NCBI RefSeq assembly: GCF_003044035.1
Contig: NZ_NVQC01000017.1
Span: 1 to 32,000 of the forward strand
Length of the DNA: 32,000 bases
DNA from: Candidatus Methylomirabilis limnetica
GTDB lineage: Bacteria > Methylomirabilota > Methylomirabilia > Methylomirabilales > Methylomirabilaceae
Direction: 5' to 3'
The notes under the pieces are model-generated. The model saw only the letters and a program-made list of their open reading frames with translations, was not told the DNA's origin and did no database searches. The translations under genes were made by a program, and so were the position numbers. Below, one piece after another: positions 24,744 to 31,356 of the stretch (its first letter is position 1; every line of letters begins with the position of its first letter).

Positions 24744-24925
24744 GTAACTCCTCAGGTGTTTAGGCTGTAGACTGAAGGCTGTTAGTCGTTGCGCATGGAC
24801 CGAATCAAGGTGCCCAGAACCTTTTCGGTCTCCATCGTTTTCGCGTCGCATTCAGAAAACGCCTGGCTCATCTGTGCGCGTTCCTACAGTCTAAAAACCT
24901 ACAGTCTATCTACCTGAGTTGTTAC
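24744..24925 (-). mobile_element. TIR element with four-helix-bundle gene remnant, copy F
   Basis: 182 bp. The flanks CTGTGATC (24736-24743) and CTGTAATC (24926-24933) match at 7 of 8 positions. It begins 8 nt after the receptor stop. Confidence 0.9.
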
Positions 24926-24933
24926 CTGTAATC

Positions 24934-27171
24934 TTAGAATCGGTAACTGGCGCCGACCAAGACGTTGATCGGCGGCGCAGGATTCAAAAACCGCTCGATA
25001 GGCTCCCCGGGGACCTTAGCATTTGGGGCGAAGGTCCCAAAGGTCTCATAGCGGTTGTTTGTCAGATTGTTGATCTTTACGAACCCGTTTAACCGCTTCC
25101 AGTGGAGATCGAGGCCGGTACTCAAGATAATATAGTCGTCGAGCTTCGACTGGGTGTTCGCCTCGTCGCCACGCAAGAACTGCGAGCTCACATAGGTCAG
25201 GTCCAGAGAGAGGCTCAGCCATCTATAGAGATGGTAGCGGAGACCGGCATTTACACGATGGTTCGGTATTAAGGGGAGTTGATCCCCCTTGGCCACTTGC
25301 TGAGGGACGCCTGGCGTTCGAGGCGAGCCCAGCTCGATGTTATCCTGGAAGGTTCCGCGGGTGAATGTGTAATTCACGTAGGGCTCCAGAAGGTTTCTGT
25401 AGATCCCGCGCAGGCCGGCCTCCAACCCCTGGCGCCTGGTGTTACCGATGTTCTGGAAGAAGACGGTCAGCTCGGCCGGATCGGAGACAGAGAAGATGTC
25501 ATCGCGCACATCGGTCCGGTAGAGCGCCAGGCTCCCCTCCAGCCAGGGCAAGGGGCGCGCCCGGAAACCCACCTCGTAGTTGTGGGCCCTGACGGGACTA
25601 AGCTTCAAGAAGCCGGTGTCGGGCGCCACACCTGCCTGCAGGCCGACGCATGGCGAATCGGGCTTGCCACAGGTCAGCTCCAGGAAAGCCGGGACTCGCC
25701 ACCCCTGGGAGTATGAAAAATAGAACCCGTAGCTGTCGGAGAGATTGTAGTTGATGCCGGCCCTGGGGTTCACGCGGCTATAGGAGGCCCTCCCCGTCGC
25801 CTTGCCCGGCTCTTCTGGGCTCGAGTCGGTAATATCGTGCCTGACGTAATCAACCCGGAGCGCCCCCGTCAAGAACAGATTGTCACTGGACAGTAGCAGG
25901 CCACGCCCAAGCTCGGCGGTGTCCTGGATGTACGCCCCGACGGTATCCTGCTTGTCGGAGAGAACGGAGGTAAGCTGCTTCTCCGGGCATTCCTCATCCG
26001 GATTCTTCCCCGCGGCGAGCGCCTCCTCTCGGCATTGCTGACGAGACCGATCATTCTGCTCCTCGGAAACCCGGATGTCTACATCGTGACGGGTGTATTC
26101 GGTCCCGATGGTCAGCAGATTCTTGCGCCCCCAGAATCGGCCTTCGTGCGTGAGCTGGAGCGTGCCACCGCCGGAGAAGGTATCATTAAAGAGGCGTGAG
26201 TTCTCGCTGATCAGGCTCGCGTTGAACTGCTCGGTGTCCAGCTTCCTGACGAATCCGTTGAGGGCAAAGGTAAAGCCCCCGCCGAGGCGTTGACTGGCAT
26301 TCAGAGTCCCCATATGGAGATTCGGGTTGAAGAAATCGCCCCCGGTGAAGTTCTGCGTCCGATCGACCTTCAGGACGCTCTCGGGCAACGTGCCTGGTTG
26401 CAGAATCCTATTATTCTGAAACTGGTACGAAAGGGTGATGTCAGTGCCGCCTTGACGGAAACCGAGCTTCCCAAAGGCTTGCGAAAGGCGGCTGTCGGAC
26501 TGAACTCTCCAACCGTCCTCATCGAACTGACTTCCGGCGACGTAGTAGTCGAATGGTCCGGCAGTTCCACTCATGTACCCCCGCCCCTTCCGGCGCCCGA
26601 AGCTGCCACCTGAACCTTCAACGACCATCTCTCGCTCGGCTGTACCCCGCTTCGTAATGATATTCAGGGAACCGGCCAGGGTGTTCCGGCCGAAGATAGC
26701 CGTTGGTCCACGAATCAACTCGATCCGTTCGACATCATCGAGCGGGATGAGGTCGAAATTGATCTCTTCGACGGTCGGCTCGTTGACCCTGACCCCATCC
26801 ACGAACACGCTGATTCCCTGAGGGACGCCAGTGACCGAGGTACCCGAAAAGCCTCTAAAGGAGAGATCGAACTGATAGGCGTTGCCCTGTTGATCGTTCA
26901 GATGGACCCCCGGAAGCTGCTGCATGACGTCCTGGAGGTTCAGCGCACCCGAGCGTTTGATCTCCTCGGCCGTAATAACCTGAACGCTAGCCGGAACTTC
27001 GGCGAGCGAGAGCGGGACCTCTGGAAGGCGGGCCGGCGCAGTCACGAGGATCTCTGGAAGCGGGGTGATCTCCAGAGGCACTCCAGATTCCTGGGCATGC
27101 ACGCCATTGGCCCACCAACTGATCATCAATCCCGCCAGCGCTCCGATCGCCTGAGTCCGAGCTCCCTGCAT
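24934..27171 (-). CDS. TonB-dependent outer-membrane receptor
   Basis: 745 aa with a signal peptide. Plug-domain motifs are VQVITAEEIKRSGALNLQDVMQQLPGV and FDLSFRGF. A beta-barrel follows, ending in the terminal ...GASYRF. Confidence 0.9.
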   Translation of the reverse strand: MQGARTQAIGALAGLMISWWANGVHAQESGVPLEITPLPEILVTAPARLPEVPLSLAEVPASVQVITAEEIKRSGALNLQDVMQQLPGVHLNDQQGNAYQFDLSFRGFSGTSVTGVPQGISVFVDGVRVNEPTVEEINFDLIPLDDVERIELIRGPTAIFGRNTLAGSLNIITKRGTAEREMVVEGSGGSFGRRKGRGYMSGTAGPFDYYVAGSQFDEDGWRVQSDSRLSQAFGKLGFRQGGTDITLSYQFQNNRILQPGTLPESVLKVDRTQNFTGGDFFNPNLHMGTLNASQRLGGGFTFALNGFVRKLDTEQFNASLISENSRLFNDTFSGGGTLQLTHEGRFWGRKNLLTIGTEYTRHDVDIRVSEEQNDRSRQQCREEALAAGKNPDEECPEKQLTSVLSDKQDTVGAYIQDTAELGRGLLLSSDNLFLTGALRVDYVRHDITDSSPEEPGKATGRASYSRVNPRAGINYNLSDSYGFYFSYSQGWRVPAFLELTCGKPDSPCVGLQAGVAPDTGFLKLSPVRAHNYEVGFRARPLPWLEGSLALYRTDVRDDIFSVSDPAELTVFFQNIGNTRRQGLEAGLRGIYRNLLEPYVNYTFTRGTFQDNIELGSPRTPGVPQQVAKGDQLPLIPNHRVNAGLRYHLYRWLSLSLDLTYVSSQFLRGDEANTQSKLDDYIILSTGLDLHWKRLNGFVKINNLTNNRYETFGTFAPNAKVPGEPIERFLNPAPPINVLVGASYRF

Positions 27172-27249
27172 AGTGTCACCTCCTTAAGGATGCCTAGGGA
27201 TAGAGGAGCGAGTTCAAGTAGACATCTCCCCTGAGAAGCATCCCCATGA

Positions 27250-27266
27250 TGCAACGCGTATGCCGA
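27250..27266 (-). promoter_or_regulatory. candidate sigma54 (-24/-12) promoter upstream of the receptor gene
   Basis: The minus strand reads TCGGCATACGCGTTGCAT. This gives GG-N10-GC spacing and a TTGCA -12 box, about 80-95 nt upstream of the ATG at 27171. Confidence 0.45.
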
Positions 27267-27349
27267 ATGGAAGCCGAGATGAGGGGCAGCTAACTCATTG
27301 AATTATCGAGAGGGATTCGGGAGCATATCCAAACCGTACGCGGGAAGAT

Positions 27350-27384
27350 CTGGTTGATTTCAACCACTGGTTGATTTCAACCGG
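27350..27384. promoter_or_regulatory. tandem pair of identical palindromes, candidate enhancer (UAS)
   Basis: TGGTTGATTTCAACC occurs at 27351-27365 and again at 27368-27382. Each is an inverted repeat GGTTGA-tt-TCAACC. The pair is centred about 100 bp upstream of the candidate -24 element. Confidence 0.45.
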
Positions 27385-27439
27385 TCGCGCTTCTCGGTGT
27401 CGGTGAGGTCGTAGGCTTCTTTCGGCTGGCGGGTCATGG

Positions 27440-27850
27440 TCAGGCGGCGAGAGCTACTTCGAGCGACTGCGTCAATTCGGGCGCGGCGCGCCGGAGCGTC
27501 GCATCTTCCGTGACGAGCTTTACCCCCAGTTCCCGAGCCGCCACGAGGAAACGAGCGTCGTAGACTGACACCTTGTAGGTCATCGCGACAACCAAGGCTT
27601 GATGGTGGCTGACAACGGTCAACCCTGGGCTCAGGAATACCTCGGCCTCATTGAGCCGCGCAAGCGCCTCACCCTCGCTGGTTAGCCCCATACGCGCGTA
27701 GGTCGCCATAACGTTCGCGAACTCTATCAGCGCGAAGGACTCCGTGCGCCAATCCCAATCTTTTTCCAGCAGCCGGCGCGCCGCATGCGTCCAGGCATTC
27801 TCGACCCACAATGAGATCGCGATGTTGGTATCGATCAACACCATCGTCAA
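27440..27850 (-). CDS. vapC: PIN-domain toxin VapC
   Basis: MTMVLIDTNIAISL..., YDARFLVAA and VTED provide the conserved acidic residues of a PIN domain. The gene starts 6 nt after the antitoxin stop. Confidence 0.85.
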   Translation of the reverse strand: MTMVLIDTNIAISLWVENAWTHAARRLLEKDWDWRTESFALIEFANVMATYARMGLTSEGEALARLNEAEVFLSPGLTVVSHHQALVVAMTYKVSVYDARFLVAARELGVKLVTEDATLRRAAPELTQSLEVALAA

Positions 27851-27856
27851 TAACGC

Positions 27857-28090
27857 TCAGTCACGCCCTTCGGCGATGGCGGCTTCGATGTCTTCAATGG
27901 TCGGACGGTCTCCACTCGCCAGCTTCAGCGGCGGTGACAGCTTTGGTGGCTGGCGGGGCGCCGCGAGTACGGACTCGATGAGGCTCACCACCTCTTTGGT
28001 GACGGAGCGATGGTGGCGCTGTGCCTGCGCCTTCAAGCGCACGTGCAGTTTTTCGGGGAAGTTCTTGATCACCAGCGTGCTCATGGACAA
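27857..28090 (-). CDS. vapB: ribbon-helix-helix (Arc/FitA-like) antitoxin VapB
   Basis: 77 aa. The N-terminus MSMSTLVIKNFPEKLHVRLKAQAQRHHRSVTKEVVSLIE has a beta-strand plus two-helix RHH pattern. It sits upstream of the PIN gene. Confidence 0.8.
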   Translation of the reverse strand: MSMSTLVIKNFPEKLHVRLKAQAQRHHRSVTKEVVSLIESVLAAPRQPPKLSPPLKLASGDRPTIEDIEAAIAEGRD

Positions 28091-28099
28091 TCCCTCCAG

Positions 28100-28266
28100 C
28101 TAGTGTCGTGAATCAGAAATATCGAAACATAAAACGGCGTCTTTTTTCGCATGGCGGTGTTGCTCGTCGTTGCCATAGTCCGGGCTATGGCGCCTCCTCG
28201 TGCCTTGCCATGCGAAAAAATCCATTCGTTTTATTCTGTTCCGCTATTTATGATTCACGACACTAG
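28100..28266. repeat. 167-bp long imperfect palindrome (MITE-like or structured RNA)
   Basis: The perfect 16-nt ends are CTAGTGTCGTGAATCA (28100-28115) and TGATTCACGACACTAG (28251-28266). The arms pair imperfectly over about 60 nt, including TTTTTTCGCATGGC/GCCATGCGAAAAAA. The central hairpin is GCCATAG-tccggg-CTATGGC. Confidence 0.65.
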
Positions 28267-28344
28267 GTATTAAATTGCTAGTAGTAGTATAGCATATAGC
28301 TATCCATTCATCAACCCCAATACTCCGGAACACCTGTATCGGTT

Positions 28345-29766
28345 CTACAAAATGGCCGGGCGGGTAATCCCATGTTTCTGGATGCGATAACGGAGCGCTT
28401 CTCTACCGATGCTCAATTTTCTGGCAGCTTCCGCGACATTGCCGTCCGTCAGGTCCAACGCCTGCTTGATCAATTGTCGCTCAACCTCATCCAAATCGAT
28501 ACCCTGTTCTGGAAACTGTATCTGAAACGTCTCATCGGCGCCGGGTGGGTGATTTCGCCTTTGGCTTGCAACGACAGGGGACGTGGCGTCCATGCTAAGA
28601 GCCGAGGGACCGATCTCTTGCTCATCGCAGACCAAAAGCGCCCGCTCTACCAAGTGGACGAGTTCTCGAACATTGCCAGGCCAGCGGTACGCTCTGAGGG
28701 CTTGGAGGGCGGCCTCTGTGAACCGTCTTACAGGAAGCGAATACTTATGGGTCAGTTGCTTGAGAAAGTGGTTCGCCAGCAAGACCACATCTTCGCCGCG
28801 CTCCCGCAACGGCGGCAGTTCCACGGTGAGGACCTTCAGGCGATAGTAGAGATCTGGTCGGAAGGCGCCGACCTTCACAGCCGCCTCGAGGTCGCGGTTG
28901 GTGGCCGCAATAATACGAACATTGATTTTTCGCTCCCGAAGGCTGCCCAACCGGCGAATCTGCCTTCGCTCGATCGCCTTCAACAGCTTCGCCTGAAGCT
29001 CTGGACTCAGCTCGCCGACCTCGTCCAGAAAGAGCGTCCCGCCGTCGGCCGCCTCGATCAGGCCAGGCTTCGCAGCAGTGGCGCCTGTGAACGCGCCCTT
29101 CTCGTACCCAAACAGCTCCGCTTCTGCGAGATCCTTTGGGATCGACGTACATTCAATCTCGACAAACGGCTGCCCGGCAAGGCTTCCTCGGCGATGGATT
29201 GCCCGTGCCACGAGGTCCTTCCCCGTCCCGGTCTCGCCCAGCAGCAACACCGTCGGCAGCTCGCCCGCAGGCCTGGGTTCGAGGTGAGCGATCCGTCCGA
29301 TCATCTCTATGACCTGCGTCATCCCGGCAGAGACGCCAATGATCTCGCCATGAGCGGCCTGCTGGACCTCCTTGCGTTGGAAGTAAGAGAGGCGTTCTCT
29401 CAGGCGATGCGTCTCCAATGCTTTCTCGATGATAAATGTCAACTCATCGTGATCGATCGGCTTCTGGATGTAGTCGTATGCCCCATCCTTCATCGCGGCC
29501 ACAGCGCTCTCGACGCTGCTGTACGCAGTCATGATGATGACGATGATGCTCCCGTCGAGGCTCAAGATCTTCCTTAGCGCGTCGAGCCCACTCATACCGG
29601 CCAGCTTGATATCCAGCAGGATCAGATCGGGCCGATCCGTCTCGATCGATATCATCCCCTCCTCTGCGCTCGACAGACTTCTGCACTCATGGCCATTTCT
29701 GCTGAGGGTGTGCGCCACGGAGCGAGCAAACACGACCTCGTCATCAATGACCAGTATCTTAGCCAT
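28345..29766 (-). CDS. sigma54-dependent response regulator (NtrC family)
   Basis: Receiver domain MAKILVIDDE...DLILLD. AAA+ domain with GETGTGKD, the GAFTGA loop and ELFLDE-like LFLDEVGEL. C-terminal Fis-type HTH GNVAEAARKLSIGREALRYRIQKHGI. The start at 29766 overlaps the kinase stop by 8 nt. The ORF-track start at 29823 is less likely. Confidence 0.9.
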   Translation of the reverse strand: MAKILVIDDEVVFARSVAHTLSRNGHECRSLSSAEEGMISIETDRPDLILLDIKLAGMSGLDALRKILSLDGSIIVIIMTAYSSVESAVAAMKDGAYDYIQKPIDHDELTFIIEKALETHRLRERLSYFQRKEVQQAAHGEIIGVSAGMTQVIEMIGRIAHLEPRPAGELPTVLLLGETGTGKDLVARAIHRRGSLAGQPFVEIECTSIPKDLAEAELFGYEKGAFTGATAAKPGLIEAADGGTLFLDEVGELSPELQAKLLKAIERRQIRRLGSLRERKINVRIIAATNRDLEAAVKVGAFRPDLYYRLKVLTVELPPLRERGEDVVLLANHFLKQLTHKYSLPVRRFTEAALQALRAYRWPGNVRELVHLVERALLVCDEQEIGPSALSMDATSPVVASQRRNHPPGADETFQIQFPEQGIDLDEVERQLIKQALDLTDGNVAEAARKLSIGREALRYRIQKHGITRPAIL

Positions 29767-31237
29767 TGCGACCGGCTCCTGTAGGATAGGTAATCGGAAG
29801 CAGAACCTGTACTGCAGTCCCACCCTCTGTGCGGTTCGACACGGTAAGGCTTCCCCCGTGAGCGCTGATAAACTTCCGGGCCATTGTCAGGCCAAGGCCC
29901 ACGCCGTCGCTCTTCGTGGTAAAGTACGGGGTGAACACCTTCTGGAGTATGTCGGGGGGGATTCCCTCGCCATTGTCAGCGAACTCAATAGCGATGCCGC
30001 CTGGCCCCTCACCTTCGTGGATCAGCCGGGAGGTAATCACAATGTTCCCCTTTCGGGGGGTCGCTTCGCACGCGTTAGCGAGTAGGGCAACGAGGGCCTG
30101 TTCCAGATAGCCCTCATCAAGGGGGACAAGCGGCAATGTTGGGGATGGGATCAAGTCAAGCGTGATCTGCTTCCCCTCGATCATCGGGCGAACCACATCA
30201 ACCGCCTGCATGACCACTCGGTTCAGATCGAAAGGGATCAAGGTTGGCGTAATCGGTTTCAAGGCAAAGAGAAAGTTGTACGCCCATTGGTTCAAGCGAT
30301 CAACGCTTTCCACAATGCTCTGAAGCGTAAGCCGAACCTCTGCGGACTGCTCCGATCCCTTGAGGGCTGCCTGAGCGGCAGACCGGATGCTCGCCAATGG
30401 GTTACGGATATTGTGGGCAATACAGGAAGAGAGCTCGCCGGCCGCCGCCAATCGTTCGGCTTGAAGCAAGCGTTCCTGAATCCCCTTAAGCGACTGGGCC
30501 ATGCGATTGATCGAGGCCGCCAGATCGCCTAATTCATCTTGGAACGTGACCTGGACACGATGATCCAACTCTCCGGTACTGATGATCGCGGTCGAGCGAC
30601 CGATCGCCCGAAGAGGCTTTACCAGCCACCGGTGAATTCCGAACAGCAGCCCGCTGCCCCACGCGAGGGCGAGTAGCACGACGACTCCGGCCAGCAGTTC
30701 TCCCTGAGTCGCGACGGCGCGGGTCCGTTGCATCGACTGCTGTGCGGCTGCGTCATAATAGGCCCGCAGCCGGTCAATCTGTTCGTCTTGCCGCAGGAAC
30801 GCCACTTGCTCCAGTTCCCGCTCGACCCGCTGTATGGCCCGCTCCCGAACGCCTTTCTCGAGAAGTTCAAAAATCTCCCTCACAAGCTGTGTAACCTGTC
30901 GATGCGCCGTCTCGAGCGCGTGAATCCGCTCCTCCTCCGCCCTCGACTGGGAATGCTTCCGGAGGTCAGCCAACTCCCCCTCCACCGTCACCCCCAGGTT
31001 CTCGAACTCCCCCCGTGCGGACCGATCCCCACTCACAAACCGGTCGAGGATCTCCTTGATCTGCCGATACAAATCCCCCCGCAGCCGCTCGGCCCTCAGA
31101 CTCTGCGCGTGGGAGTAGGTGAGATCCCTTACTCCCGCCTCCCATCCTCGCAGAGCCCAGACCATGACGAGCCCGATGCAGACCACCAGGGTAAAGATGA
31201 CCAGATACCCGATGCGGAGCTTTGTGCGGATCAGCAT
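29759..31237 (-). CDS. sensor histidine kinase (two TM, helical periplasmic domain, HAMP, HisKA, HATPase)
   Basis: TM1 is IGYLVIFTLVVCIGLVMVWAL, followed by an Arg/Glu-rich helical sensor of about 150 aa, then TM2 LLAGVVVLLALAWGSGLLFGI. The HAMP region contains DELGDLAASINRM, the H-box is SCIAHNIRNPLASI, and the G-boxes are DNGEGIP and GVGLGL. Confidence 0.9.
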   Translation of the reverse strand: MLIRTKLRIGYLVIFTLVVCIGLVMVWALRGWEAGVRDLTYSHAQSLRAERLRGDLYRQIKEILDRFVSGDRSARGEFENLGVTVEGELADLRKHSQSRAEEERIHALETAHRQVTQLVREIFELLEKGVRERAIQRVERELEQVAFLRQDEQIDRLRAYYDAAAQQSMQRTRAVATQGELLAGVVVLLALAWGSGLLFGIHRWLVKPLRAIGRSTAIISTGELDHRVQVTFQDELGDLAASINRMAQSLKGIQERLLQAERLAAAGELSSCIAHNIRNPLASIRSAAQAALKGSEQSAEVRLTLQSIVESVDRLNQWAYNFLFALKPITPTLIPFDLNRVVMQAVDVVRPMIEGKQITLDLIPSPTLPLVPLDEGYLEQALVALLANACEATPRKGNIVITSRLIHEGEGPGGIAIEFADNGEGIPPDILQKVFTPYFTTKSDGVGLGLTMARKFISAHGGSLTVSNRTEGGTAVQVLLPITYPTGAGRNG

Positions 31238-31267
31238 GCGACTGATCGCCCCATAAGTTCTAAGCCA

Positions 31268-31345
31268 TCAGCAATGACTGTAGGGGCAGGGCTTGCCCTG
31301 CCCACAGACGGCGCAGCAAGCAGCGCCCCTACATCAGTTGCTGCT
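31268..31345. repeat. REP-like GC-rich nested palindrome
   Basis: CAGCAAtgacTGTAGGGGC...GCCCCTACAtcagTTGCTG encloses CAGGGC-tt-GCCCTG. It lies between the receptor stop (31357) and the kinase start (31237). It belongs to a repeat class that yields spurious VGAGLAPA-type ORFs. Confidence 0.6.
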
Positions 31346-31356
31346 GAGGGCTTTCT

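Noticed and set aside
12981-24925. The repeated ~35-nt sequences could be CRISPR repeats.
   Set aside because: The copies are kilobases apart. They occur as inverted pairs enclosing homologous interiors and carry target-site duplications. There is no regular repeat-spacer array.
27285-27315. Fur-box-like AT-rich stretch (CTCATTGAATTATCGAG) upstream of the receptor.
   Set aside because: It is only a partial match to the GATAATGATAATCATTATC consensus and has no clear dyad. It is not distinguishable from chance.
27360-27437. 25-codon ORF (MTRQPKEAYDLTDTEKRDRLKSTSG*) starting 2 nt after the vapC stop.
   Set aside because: It is too short, has no RBS, and its end runs into the tandem palindromes. 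It may be a remnant of a truncated gene but cannot be supported.
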